Shown here one piece after another: positions 48,848 through 58,549 of a stretch of DNA of 64,000 bases. Each line of letters opens with the position of its first letter. Position 1 is the first letter of the stretch. The translations under genes were made by a program, and so were the position numbers. This stretch comes from Bdellovibrionales bacterium. Its GTDB lineage: Bacteria > Bdellovibrionota > Bdellovibrionia > Bdellovibrionales > JAGQZY01. The DNA is taken from positions 224,001 through 288,000 of the forward strand of contig CAXRHT010000003.1 of assembly GCA_964230645.1 (NCBI GenBank). Direction: 5' to 3'. The notes under the pieces were generated by a model. It saw only the letters and a program-made list of their open reading frames with translations, was not told the DNA's origin and searched no databases.

Positions 48848-49870
48848 ATGACTGAAGAGCAGCTCTTACTCGAACTCAAGCAGAACCCCTTTTTGTTAGC
48901 TCCAATGGCGGGAATCACCGATCAAGTTTTCAGGTCTTTTATGCGCAAGCAAGGGGCTGGAATTCTCACATCTGAACTTATTTCCGCAAACGGCCTGAAG
49001 TACAACAGTGAGAAAACCAAAAAATTAATGAGTTTTGCAGAAGATGAGCGCCCCGTTGGAATCCAAATCTTTGGCGAAGATGAGCCCGCTCTTGTCTATG
49101 CGGCCGAGTATGTTGAGCAGTTGGGCGCCGATTTTGTGGATATCAATTTAGGCTGCCCTGTTAAAAAAGTAGTGAAAAAAGGCGCGGGTTCGGCTCTTTT
49201 AAAAGAACCCGATAAACTTCGCTCCATTTGTCGAAGTATCAAAAGTAAGATAAAAATTCCCTTAACCATAAAAATTCGGACCGGATGGGATCAGCAAAAT
49301 CGAAATGCATTGGATATTGTTCAGCTGGCCTACGATGAAGGTGTCACTTGGGTGGCCATTCATGGGCGTACTCGTTCACAGGCCTACACTGGTAAAGCCG
49401 ATTGGGATTATATTGCCGGGGTCAAAGCCAACAGTCCTCTTCCTATAATTGGGAATGGCGATGTGACCTCCGCTGAAATTGCGGTAGGACGCCTAAAGCA
49501 AACCGGTTGTGACGGAATAATGATCGGAAGAGGCGCCTTGAAAAATCCCTGGATTTTCCAACAGAGTTTGAAGCTCTGGAAAGACTACGACTTCAAGCCC
49601 CTCTCTTATGAATACCTTCCACTGTTCGAGCACCTAAAAGATTCGGCTGTGGGACAAATGGATGACCGTGTCTTGTGTTTGATTTTGCGCAAGCTTGCCA
49701 ACTGGTATTCCTCAGGGCTTCCCGGTTCTGGCGAGTTCCGTAGACAAGTCTTCTCTGCTCGTGGTTTAGATCAAACTTACGCGGTGATTGAAGAGTACTA
49801 TACAAATCTTCAACCAGAACAGCGCCTTGATACCAGTCACGAAAAATTCCTGATGGGCGGCCACGGCTAA
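48848..49870 (+). CDS. dusB: tRNA-dihydrouridine synthase
   Basis: LAPMAGITD, DINLGCP, KIRTGWD, HGRTR, GNGD, MIGRGA; start uncertain (ORF from 48743). Confidence 0.9.
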   Translation: MTEEQLLLELKQNPFLLAPMAGITDQVFRSFMRKQGAGILTSELISANGLKYNSEKTKKLMSFAEDERPVGIQIFGEDEPALVYAAEYVEQLGADFVDINLGCPVKKVVKKGAGSALLKEPDKLRSICRSIKSKIKIPLTIKIRTGWDQQNRNALDIVQLAYDEGVTWVAIHGRTRSQAYTGKADWDYIAGVKANSPLPIIGNGDVTSAEIAVGRLKQTGCDGIMIGRGALKNPWIFQQSLKLWKDYDFKPLSYEYLPLFEHLKDSAVGQMDDRVLCLILRKLANWYSSGLPGSGEFRRQVFSARGLDQTYAVIEEYYTNLQPEQRLDTSHEKFLMGGHG

Positions 49871-49945
49871 ATTTTTTAGTTCACTTACCTATTTGTATTA
49901 AAAGATATTAGTGTCCGGTGGATTTTCCCACACTGACTTAAAACT

Positions 49946-50020
49946 TGTCGTCTTGAACGGAAACATGTCGTCTTGAGCGAAGCGAAAGACCTAAGATCCT
50001 TCGCTTCGCTCAGGATGACA
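49946..50020. repeat. Intact REP-like palindrome plus one extra 20-bp arm copy
   Basis: TGTCGTCTTGAGCGAAGCGAAAGACCT-A-AGATCCTTCGCTTCGCTCAGGATGACA (49966-50020, 23/27 paired), preceded by TGTCGTCTTGAACGGAAACA. Confidence 0.92.
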
Positions 50021-50058
50021 ATGGGCAATCCACCGAGCAGTAGTAATTAAAAGGCCCC

Positions 50059-51144
50059 TTATTTTTCTGGGTATTCAAAGGGAGTTCCCTCGTCTTGATT
50101 TTCATTGCTGTCTTCCTCGGGAGTGGGCTTCCGACTCTCTTCACTTGCGGTGGACTCTTCATCTTTTGGTTGAATGGATTGAGCTTCTTCTTTGAGCTCC
50201 TCTTCTATGACCGAAGACTCCTCGTCTTTCGACTCTAACTTTTCCGCTCCACCTTCGTTATTGTCGCTTTCACTTTCTTTGAGGCTTGAGGTCTGGGCTT
50301 CATCCAATTCTTGATTTGAAAATTCAAGATTTTGGGATTCCTCAGGAGGAGGTGTCATGGGTGTCGGCGCCAGATCATACTGATAAAATGGCCAATCAAA
50401 CTCATTGATAAGTTTATTGAGATAGCTAAATTGTTCACTATCTATCTTGTTGGTGCGATTCATGCGCTTAAGAATAATTTCCATACGCCAAATATTATTA
50501 GAGCTTAATTTCTTGGAATTAAAACTTCGGCCAAGACGTCTAGGACTTGGAAGAAGGGAAACCAGATAGACGCTTTCTAAAAGATTCAGATTTGCGGGCG
50601 ATTTACCAAAATAGTGATTGGCTGCTTTTTTTAAACCGTAGATATTCTTTCCAAATTCGACGACGTTAATATATTTTTCAAGTATTTGTGCTTTTGAGAG
50701 TTTTTCCTCAATCTGCTTAGCGATAAAAAATTCTTTGAATTTTCTTGAGAGACTTTTACTAGGGGTTAAATAGAGGTTTTTAGCTAACTGCTGGGTTAGG
50801 GTTGACCCGCCCCTAGCATATTTCCATTCCATGATATTACGTCGAAAGCTTTCTTTGATTTCAAACCAGTCAAAACCCTCGTGAGACCAAAAAGATGCGT
50901 CTTCTGACAAAACCAAAGCTTGGAAAAAATGTTTGGGGACCTGGGAGTAGCTGACATACTGAGAGGAACCAGGACAGAGGTAAACTTCAAACATTTTTGT
51001 TGTGAAGCATTTTTTAGGATCCTCAATACTCTGAGTCTGCCAGTATACAAGCCCACCATAGCTTATCACTAAGAATACAGTCGCCAGCACGACGAGTGTG
51101 AAACGCACTATGAATTTTTTAAAAGTCCATTTTCTTTGATCCAT
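50059..51144 (-). CDS. mtgA: Monofunctional peptidoglycan transglycosylase with acidic tail
   Basis: SEDASFWSHEGFD, GGSTLTQQLAKNLY, RKFKE, YINVVEFG. Confidence 0.88.
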   Translation of the reverse strand: MDQRKWTFKKFIVRFTLVVLATVFLVISYGGLVYWQTQSIEDPKKCFTTKMFEVYLCPGSSQYVSYSQVPKHFFQALVLSEDASFWSHEGFDWFEIKESFRRNIMEWKYARGGSTLTQQLAKNLYLTPSKSLSRKFKEFFIAKQIEEKLSKAQILEKYINVVEFGKNIYGLKKAANHYFGKSPANLNLLESVYLVSLLPSPRRLGRSFNSKKLSSNNIWRMEIILKRMNRTNKIDSEQFSYLNKLINEFDWPFYQYDLAPTPMTPPPEESQNLEFSNQELDEAQTSSLKESESDNNEGGAEKLESKDEESSVIEEELKEEAQSIQPKDEESTASEESRKPTPEEDSNENQDEGTPFEYPEK

Positions 51145-52106
51145 TGCACACTTTCTCTGATGGCCTGTTCAGAGCTTCGCGGTTGAAATCCCAATTCATT
51201 CTTGGCCCTTGAATTGTCAAACCAATGAAAAAGCGAGGAAGTAACAGCCGTTTCACTACTAAGAGAGGTTTCTTTTCCAAATTTTTTCATGGTATCACCC
51301 GCCAGTCCAAGGGCTCCAAGAACGAAGCGAGGAATCGCGATATGGGGCGGGGGCACTTTGGCCTCTTTTGCTATAATGGCGAACAACTCTTTAATTGTTA
51401 AGTTGTCTCCAGCCAGTATATAACGGCGTCCCGGCTTGCCGTTTTTTAAACAAAGCTCAATACCATCGAGCACATCTTCAACATGTACGACATTCACTCC
51501 TCCGGGAGGGAAGAGTTTGAATTTTCCTTTAGCTACCTTAAGCTGAGTCTTACGACTGCCTTTTTTGGCGTCTCCAGGACCATAAATGGTGGAGGGATTG
51601 ACCATATAAGCATTAAGGCCATCATTTTTAACGGCTTTAACGACGAGCTCTTCGGCTTTTCTTTTGGTTTCGAAATAGCCTAAATTATACTCAGACAAAT
51701 TGAATTCAAATTCTTCGTCAATGGGAACCGGATCAAAGCTTGCTCCGATGGTGACCACGGAACTTAAATGAAGGAGTTTAGAGACTTTGTTAGTAATACA
51801 GGCATCAATAACATTGTTTGTGCCCTCAATATTGACCTTTTCCATCAACTCTCGTTCGGATTTTTTGTAGGCGATCACGCCGGCCAAATGATAAACGATC
51901 TCTTGGTTCTGACAAGCATCCAATAAAGCCTGGCGGTTGGTAATATCTCCGTAAAAGAGATTCACAGATTCTTTTTTAAAGGTGTCCAATTGGCTCGATT
52001 TACGAACGAGGACCGAAACATTGTGTTTTTGTTTTAAGAGTCTATTGACTAAGTGTCCTCCGAGAAAACCGGTGGCTCCTGTGACTAAAACATTTTTAGC
52101 GCTCAA
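51108..52106 (-). CDS. NAD-dependent epimerase/dehydratase (extended SDR)
   Basis: TGATGFLG, HLAG, YFETK. Confidence 0.9.
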   Translation of the reverse strand: MSAKNVLVTGATGFLGGHLVNRLLKQKHNVSVLVRKSSQLDTFKKESVNLFYGDITNRQALLDACQNQEIVYHLAGVIAYKKSERELMEKVNIEGTNNVIDACITNKVSKLLHLSSVVTIGASFDPVPIDEEFEFNLSEYNLGYFETKRKAEELVVKAVKNDGLNAYMVNPSTIYGPGDAKKGSRKTQLKVAKGKFKLFPPGGVNVVHVEDVLDGIELCLKNGKPGRRYILAGDNLTIKELFAIIAKEAKVPPPHIAIPRFVLGALGLAGDTMKKFGKETSLSSETAVTSSLFHWFDNSRAKNELGFQPRSSEQAIRESVQWIKENGLLKNS

Positions 52107-52686
52107 TCACGACCTCGTTGAGCTTAATCGGCTCTAAAGGCCTCATCATAGCGTCTCGAGGAGCTCTACTAATGGCATCAACCACCGCTTTTCCAGTTTC
52201 TACTTCACCCATGACTGTGTATTTGCCATTGAAATGATCGTGGGGCTTCGTTGTAATAAAAAACTGGCTGCCTGCCGAATTTTCATTACCCTGAATTTTG
52301 GCCATAGCGACAAGATAAGGACGGTCAAATTTTAACTCGTTCTCTTCTTGCTTGATCGTGTATCCAGGCCAACCTTTACCATTTCCCCAAGGACATCCGG
52401 TTTGGATCACCAGGTCGGGATGAACTTTATGAAAAATCATGTCTTTATAAAAGATCTGATCTTTTATTTTCTTTCCGGTTTTAACATCTCGGAATTGCTT
52501 TTTTCCGGTCGCTAGTCCCACAAAGTTTTCAACACTCATAGGTGCTTCACGATTGAAAAGTTTCAAACGAATATCTCCTTTCGAAGTTTTCAAAACCGCA
52601 TAAGTAAATAGACCGGCTGTCTGCTGGGCCGAAAGGGGGACGGCTATTAAGAAAACAAGAATGGAAATAAGTCGCAACATACTCAT
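52096..52686 (-). CDS. Exported cyclophilin-type PPIase
   Basis: AP.SVENFVGLATG, AGSQFFIT, GKYTVMG; signal peptide. Confidence 0.88.
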   Translation of the reverse strand: MSMLRLISILVFLIAVPLSAQQTAGLFTYAVLKTSKGDIRLKLFNREAPMSVENFVGLATGKKQFRDVKTGKKIKDQIFYKDMIFHKVHPDLVIQTGCPWGNGKGWPGYTIKQEENELKFDRPYLVAMAKIQGNENSAGSQFFITTKPHDHFNGKYTVMGEVETGKAVVDAISRAPRDAMMRPLEPIKLNEVVIER

Positions 52687-52699
52687 ATTGTCTGTGATT

Positions 52700-55078
52700 T
52701 TAATGGTTTAGGTCAAGGCTTTTCAAAAGCTCTTGTTGCTCGTCGACGAGTTCACCAAGGCGCCTAAAGGCGTCTTCAAAGCCAAGTATTTTTGAGAGTC
52801 TTTCTAAATGAAAGTTTTGGCCCGCGACTTTAGTACTGGAAGTGTCATTGCAGATTTGGAAAATTTGTTCGAAACGCCTGAGATCAAAATAATTTTTTAA
52901 TATCTTCTCTCTTTCCGTTTCATCAATTTCTAAGGTCGATAGTATATCTTTTGTGGAGCTTGAGGCAGGTGGCTTGTCACCTAAAAGACAATGTTTTTGA
53001 ATCACAAACTCTGTATGAATTATACCACCCTCACAGTTTTTAATGTCTATTTGATTCTTTAGAGGTTTTTTAAGTAAACGGGCGAGGATTTTTTCAAGAG
53101 AGTCCTTTTCTTGCTGATCAATACGAATTAAATCAAAGTCTTTCTGGAAATAGCTCGACTCTCTCCCAAGGATGCGGGACCGAAGATAGGCCTGTTTCTG
53201 CCAAGCTTCCGCCTTATTTTCGAGAAAATCCCAAAACCTGGATTTTTCAAGAATTAAGGGTCCAGCACTTTCATTGGGCTTTAATCTCAAATCTATATTA
53301 TAGAGCTTACCAGCTTTAGTCGGTGTCGAGAGAAGACTAATAAGCCTTCTAGCCAATTTCATTTGAGCGACAGAGGGTTTCTCTGAAGTTAGAAAAACAA
53401 AATCCAAATCGGACTGAATGCCCAACTCATTTCCACTCCATTTACCAAGACAAAGAATTTCAAGCTCGTTCACGGCAAGAGTATTCATTAGATGGGCTCT
53501 TAGTGTAGAGACAATAAAGTCAGCTTGCTCTGTGAGATTTTTTCCGTAGGCTTCCACATTTTTTTCTTTAATCAATTGAATGATCGCAAAAAGCTGACCG
53601 AGGAGTTTGTAGTCAATAATATTTTCAAGTAAGACGTCCAAATCATCATTCAAATCAATGGGGACCTGACCTAATGAAAAGCTATCAATAAGCTCTGGAC
53701 GGCGACTCAAGGTCTGGCCGACAAAGGGCGAAATAGAGAAAAGCCAAGCAAGATTTTCGAGAAGTGCCGGGTGCCTTTTAAGTAGATAAAAAATCGAGGA
53801 CTTGGATTTAATTGAAAATACAAAGTCTCGAAAGGATTGTATCGCCAGGTCACGATCAATAGCGATTTTTGAGCTCACCGCGATAAAGTCATTAAGGATA
53901 TCAATCTTAAGACGTTCAACTTCACTCTTTTTTAAGGAGTGAGTTTTGAGTCCCCGAATGTCTTCGATAGCTTTTCGGGAGCGCTCCTCAATATCTTCTG
54001 ATTCGAGACTCTTTAGTTGTGTCTCGGCCGGCTCGGGCTCGGTAAAGAAATCACCCACGATTTCGTTACAAATTTTAAAGTTTTCAAAAAACTCTGTCTC
54101 ATCCCAGTCAAGTTGGGGGATGCGCTTAAGAAAACCGGATTTGAGCAAATAGGTATGGCTATCATTCTCAATATGAATAAGATTTTCTATACGACGTAAA
54201 TCCCAATAGAAACGATTAAGAAATTCACTTTCTGCTTCCTTCAGGGCTTTACGTTCACGCAGGTTTTCAATGGCGACCGTCATATTGGAAGTTTGAAGTT
54301 TGGGATCCTTACCGCCATAAATGACCTGTAGTGATTGTACAAACAATTCAATATCTCGGATACCGCCGGGGGAGAGTTTAATATCAAGTGGCTCATTGGC
54401 CTTTCTCCACTGATAGTTTATTTTCTGTCTTATATGCTTAATCTCATTAATAACAGAGAAGTCCAAACGCCGGGGAAAACTATGTCTGCGGCAGTATTCA
54501 AAAAGCTGAGAATTTAAGGTGTCCGGCCCTATGATTGGACGCATGCGAATAAAGCTGAGGCGATTCCAGGCTTCAAGATATTCGTCAAAATAGGAAAAAA
54601 ACTTTTTCTTGTTAGCCGTCAGAGGAGTGTTGACTCCTCCGGGGCGTAAATCAAAATCAAGACGGTAAGCAAAACCAAAAGAGGTGTTTTCCGTTAATAA
54701 CGATACAAACTTCTTGAGTGTGGGATGGCAGGCTTGCGGATCGACATGATTTTCCCTTACGAGCACAAGATCAATATCAGAGCTTAAATTTAGTTCTTCA
54801 GAGCCGAGCTTTCCAAAAGCAAGAAGGGAGATGTCTTCTTTTTCAAGGTCGAGACTCATCCAAACTTTGCGAATGATTTGGTCGGTTTGTTCTGTCCAAT
54901 AACGGCAGATATCTTCAGTGGGGGCTGAGTTATTAAAAGACGCGAGAGCACATTTTAACCAGTGCCTGTGTTTTTCTTGTCGAATCTCGTCAGAAAAGTT
55001 TCGAGTGGGCTTTGTTAATAAATTGAGATAGTGGCTGAAGACCGGGGAAAAAGCGGAAAGGGCATTCCTTTCCGCCAT
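52700..55078 (-). CDS. glnE: Glutamine synthetase adenylyltransferase/deadenylyltransferase
   Basis: Two nucleotidyltransferase motifs (GKLGSEELNLSSDIDL; GKWSGNELGIQSDLDF); GGIRDIE. Confidence 0.85.
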   Translation of the reverse strand: MAERNALSAFSPVFSHYLNLLTKPTRNFSDEIRQEKHRHWLKCALASFNNSAPTEDICRYWTEQTDQIIRKVWMSLDLEKEDISLLAFGKLGSEELNLSSDIDLVLVRENHVDPQACHPTLKKFVSLLTENTSFGFAYRLDFDLRPGGVNTPLTANKKKFFSYFDEYLEAWNRLSFIRMRPIIGPDTLNSQLFEYCRRHSFPRRLDFSVINEIKHIRQKINYQWRKANEPLDIKLSPGGIRDIELFVQSLQVIYGGKDPKLQTSNMTVAIENLRERKALKEAESEFLNRFYWDLRRIENLIHIENDSHTYLLKSGFLKRIPQLDWDETEFFENFKICNEIVGDFFTEPEPAETQLKSLESEDIEERSRKAIEDIRGLKTHSLKKSEVERLKIDILNDFIAVSSKIAIDRDLAIQSFRDFVFSIKSKSSIFYLLKRHPALLENLAWLFSISPFVGQTLSRRPELIDSFSLGQVPIDLNDDLDVLLENIIDYKLLGQLFAIIQLIKEKNVEAYGKNLTEQADFIVSTLRAHLMNTLAVNELEILCLGKWSGNELGIQSDLDFVFLTSEKPSVAQMKLARRLISLLSTPTKAGKLYNIDLRLKPNESAGPLILEKSRFWDFLENKAEAWQKQAYLRSRILGRESSYFQKDFDLIRIDQQEKDSLEKILARLLKKPLKNQIDIKNCEGGIIHTEFVIQKHCLLGDKPPASSSTKDILSTLEIDETEREKILKNYFDLRRFEQIFQICNDTSSTKVAGQNFHLERLSKILGFEDAFRRLGELVDEQQELLKSLDLNH

Positions 55079-55089
55079 GGAATAATCAT

Positions 55090-56481
55090 CTATTGCAGGT
55101 AAGGTGACCATTGAGGCTTGTAGTAGTCCTTGTTATCAAAAGTTAAACGATGCTCGTACTTACCATCAATACTGACAATATACAGCTGATAACGTCCCGA
55201 TCGGTCACTGGCGAACAGAATGAAGCGACCATCAGGAGAAAATGACGGATATTCGTTGTTAGCCCATTTGCCATTTCTCTTTTTGGCTGATGTCAGTCGT
55301 TTAATATTCTTACCGTTTTTATCGATCGTAAAAATATCGAAATGACCTTTATCAAATCCTGCAAAAGCAATTCTTTCACCATCAGGAGACCAAGCGGGGC
55401 TGGAATTATAAACACCCGCAAAAGTAAGCCTTTTTACATTCCCTCCACTTCGGTTCATTGTGTAGATCATGGGTTTACCAGAGCGGTCAGAAGAAAAGGC
55501 GATGGTCTGCCCATCGGGACTGATCGCTGGCTCCACATTCATGGCTCCTCTGGGGCCATTGGTGATTCTTGTTCGGTTTTTTCCTTTTAGGTCTGTTTTG
55601 TAAATGTCAGAGGCGCCTTTGTTTGAAATCCGAAGGTAGACCTCATCGGAGCTTGGCGGAAAAGCGGCTCCTGAGTTGATTCCTTTTTTATAAGACAGAA
55701 GCCATCTTTTTTTCGTTTGGAAATCATAAAGAAAAAGGTCGGCGTTTCTGGTTTTAAGTTTCTTATGAAAAAGAAAAGAGGTGTAGGTTAAGTAGCGACC
55801 GTTAGGTGACCAGGCCGGGGATTGAGAAATTGTTCTGTGAGAGGAAATTTGCCTTTGATTGGCTCCGTCCCAGTCCATCACAAAAATCTCTTTTTCGGCT
55901 TTCGTGGTTGAGCGAGAAACCACAAACTTTGTCATAAAAAAGCCGTTTTTACCTGTCAGTGACTTCATAATGTCATTGCAAAATTTATGAGCAATGGTGC
56001 GGAGATCGTTAACAGATCCGGTGTAGGACTTACCCATGACTAACTTTCTTTGGGGTACATGATAAAGGTAAGCTTCGTACTGGAATTGATTGTTGTTAAT
56101 CTTAAAGCCGGAACGGATCATAAACTCAGCACCAATTTGTTTCCAAGAGGAGAAGTCAAAGCCTCGTGCCGGATCATTTTCTTTGGGAGTGAGGGACTTC
56201 GTTTTATATTTTTCAACAAAAGCTTCTGGTGAGATAAATGAAAAATAAGAGGAGATTGTGAGGTCTTTCTCTACAATCTCGTAAAAGCGTTTACCGTAGC
56301 TAAGATGTTTTGAGGCATTTGATGGGGTTCCAAGATATATTAAAGGAACCAGAGCCATAGGGCTTTGTTTAATCTCGGCTTTACCAATATTGATATAAGG
56401 TCTTTCCTTGGCAAAACTCGGGGCGCTAAACAAAAGCGCAATAAATAAGACAAATAGAACATTCGATTGGGATTTTAGCAT
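55090..56481 (-). CDS. tolB: TolB
   Basis: TolB N-domain plus PD40 repeats (PAWSPNG, PAISPDG, PAWSPDG). Confidence 0.92.
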   Translation of the reverse strand: MLKSQSNVLFVLFIALLFSAPSFAKERPYINIGKAEIKQSPMALVPLIYLGTPSNASKHLSYGKRFYEIVEKDLTISSYFSFISPEAFVEKYKTKSLTPKENDPARGFDFSSWKQIGAEFMIRSGFKINNNQFQYEAYLYHVPQRKLVMGKSYTGSVNDLRTIAHKFCNDIMKSLTGKNGFFMTKFVVSRSTTKAEKEIFVMDWDGANQRQISSHRTISQSPAWSPNGRYLTYTSFLFHKKLKTRNADLFLYDFQTKKRWLLSYKKGINSGAAFPPSSDEVYLRISNKGASDIYKTDLKGKNRTRITNGPRGAMNVEPAISPDGQTIAFSSDRSGKPMIYTMNRSGGNVKRLTFAGVYNSSPAWSPDGERIAFAGFDKGHFDIFTIDKNGKNIKRLTSAKKRNGKWANNEYPSFSPDGRFILFASDRSGRYQLYIVSIDGKYEHRLTFDNKDYYKPQWSPYLQ

Positions 56482-56491
56482 AAGAACCTCT

Positions 56492-57313
56492 CTATTCTGG
56501 GAAACGAATTTCCACACCTTTCGTAGAGTAGAAGTCGGTTAAGTTTGATGGTGGTGCGGGAAGTGGACTGGCCTTTTCGAGCGTACTGAGAACATGTTGA
56601 TCAAAAAGATCGTTCCCGGATTTCGCCAAAAATGACGTGTTACTAATCGCACCGTTTCTACTAATTAGAAGTAAAACGCGCGCCTTAAGGTTACCACTGG
56701 CTAACCACTCCGGCAAGTTCCAGTAGTTTCGGATGTGAGCATCCAATTCATCGAGGTAAGATTCGTGATGGAGTTTTTGCAAACCTTCCAGTGAGTTTCC
56801 TCGACTAACGGCGTTTCCTTTGAACTCTTGTTTTTGGGCTGCGGCCTCTTGTTTTTCTTTGAGCTTTTTCATGGCCTTTAAGCGAGCAATAGCGGAATCC
56901 TGCTCGTCTTTTACATCCTCTTTGGGCTCTTCTTTTTTCTTTTCAGCCTTTTTAGGTTTAGGCTTGGGCTTAGGTTTTTCAACAATCTTAGGCTTAACCT
57001 TTGGTTTAGGTGTTTTAGGCTTAGGTTTTTTGGGTTTGGGCTTCGGCTCCGGTTTGGGCTCTTCCTTTTTAGCCACCGGCTTTGGCTCTTCTTTTTTAGC
57101 CACCGGCTTTGGCTCTTCTTTTTTTGGCACTGGTTGAGGTGGCGCCTCCACTTTATCGGGGAGAGCGACGACATCAACACGTACGGCCTGCTTAAATTCA
57201 GGAGTCTCGGTGGGAAAAAACAAAACCTTCACTGTTAAAATAATAAAAATAACAGCGTGAAATCCTACGGAGAGGACTAAGAATTTTGAAAAAGAATCTC
57301 TTGGTTTGTTCAT
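56492..57313 (-). CDS. tolA: TolA/TonB-family protein
   Basis: TM helix with S/H, KP/EP-rich linker including KKEEPKPVA repeats, C-terminal SGNDLFD domain. Confidence 0.85.
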   Translation of the reverse strand: MNKPRDSFSKFLVLSVGFHAVIFIILTVKVLFFPTETPEFKQAVRVDVVALPDKVEAPPQPVPKKEEPKPVAKKEEPKPVAKKEEPKPEPKPKPKKPKPKTPKPKVKPKIVEKPKPKPKPKKAEKKKEEPKEDVKDEQDSAIARLKAMKKLKEKQEAAAQKQEFKGNAVSRGNSLEGLQKLHHESYLDELDAHIRNYWNLPEWLASGNLKARVLLLISRNGAISNTSFLAKSGNDLFDQHVLSTLEKASPLPAPPSNLTDFYSTKGVEIRFPE

Positions 57314-57714
57314 TTCGGAAGAGTCACCAACCCAATATTATAGATTCCTGCGGCTCGAATTTCCGCAAGAGCTTGGGCCACAAGTTCATAATCCACCTTG
57401 CGATCTGCCTTTAGATAAACTTGTTTGTTTTTCCTGGATTCAAAGATCGCTTTAAGTTTATTGCGAAGCCCATCCAGTTGAACTTCTTCTTTAGCAACAT
57501 AGAGTTTATTGTCATTTCGAATAGAGAGAACAAAAGGCTCATCACTGGTCTCAATACCGGATGCTGCAGTTTCTGGTAGGTCGATTTCAATTCCTTGCTG
57601 CATCATGGGGGCTGTTACCATAAAAATGATCAGGAGCACGAGCATCACGTCCACAAGTGGGGTGACATTGATTTCGCTCATAGAAGTTCTACGATTCGAA
57701 GTTCCCATTCCCAT
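57310..57714 (-). CDS. tolR: TolR
   Basis: EINVTPLVDVMLVLLIIFMVTAPM. Confidence 0.93.
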   Translation of the reverse strand: MGMGTSNRRTSMSEINVTPLVDVMLVLLIIFMVTAPMMQQGIEIDLPETAASGIETSDEPFVLSIRNDNKLYVAKEEVQLDGLRNKLKAIFESRKNKQVYLKADRKVDYELVAQALAEIRAAGIYNIGLVTLPK

Positions 57715-57717
57715 AAG

Positions 57718-58413
57718 TTAGTCCTTTTGTTGAAGACGCGCGATATTGAGGAATTCAGAAATGAAGTTGTTCATATTGTTCTCATGCTTACGAACTTCAT
57801 TGAGTAAAAAGTTGTAGGCCATAACCGCGGGAATCGCAGCAAAAAGGCCAACAGCTGTGGCAAAAAGAGCCTCTGAAATTCCGGGAGCCACTGTGGCAAG
57901 GCTTGCTGATCCAGCATTTGAGATCGCGCGAAATGAGTTCATGATTCCCACAACTGTCCCAAGAAGACCTATAAAAGGGGCCGTACTTCCTGTTGTGGCA
58001 AGAAAGGCCATTCTTTCCTCAAGGGCTGAGACCTCTTGGTCTTGACCTTTGCGAAGGGCTCTTTCCAAATTGTCCACATTGCCCGAAACGGCAAGAGTTT
58101 GCTTTCTCTGCACTCTTTCCAGTTCTGAGAAGCCAGCTTTAAAGATTCGAGAAAGAGGGCTTTCCGAATGCCTTTCGAGCTTGTCTTTAACTTGTTCCAA
58201 GGTGGCCGCTGACCAAAAAAGATCGAGAAACTTTTCGTTCTCTTCTCTGGCTTTGCGGAACTGTTTTCTTTTATTAAAGATAATAGCCCAGGAAACAATG
58301 GACATGACAATCAGTACGAGGAGAAGGAGTTGCACGGCAATTCCAGCTCCCATGATGTCTGAGATTAATGAAGTCTTCGTTGATATTTCGGTGGTGGCGG
58401 CTTGTGCGTTCAT
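57718..58413 (-). CDS. tolQ: TolQ
   Basis: LATTGSTAPFIGLLGTV, VAPGISEALFATAVGL. Confidence 0.93.
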   Translation of the reverse strand: MNAQAATTEISTKTSLISDIMGAGIAVQLLLLVLIVMSIVSWAIIFNKRKQFRKAREENEKFLDLFWSAATLEQVKDKLERHSESPLSRIFKAGFSELERVQRKQTLAVSGNVDNLERALRKGQDQEVSALEERMAFLATTGSTAPFIGLLGTVVGIMNSFRAISNAGSASLATVAPGISEALFATAVGLFAAIPAVMAYNFLLNEVRKHENNMNNFISEFLNIARLQQKD

Positions 58414-58549
58414 AACTATTGAGGCTAAAGGATCTTTGCTGGTGATTCAATAACTATCCGACACGATTGGCCTTTTTAACAGTGGGACCCTCGACCAAAA
58501 GGACAAAAATTCAAACCAAAATGAATAGGCATAGACTTGGGAAAAAATA

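Noticed and set aside
57050..57135. 27-bp tandem repeats
   Set aside because: Ordinary coding repeats (KKEEPKPVA) of the TolA linker
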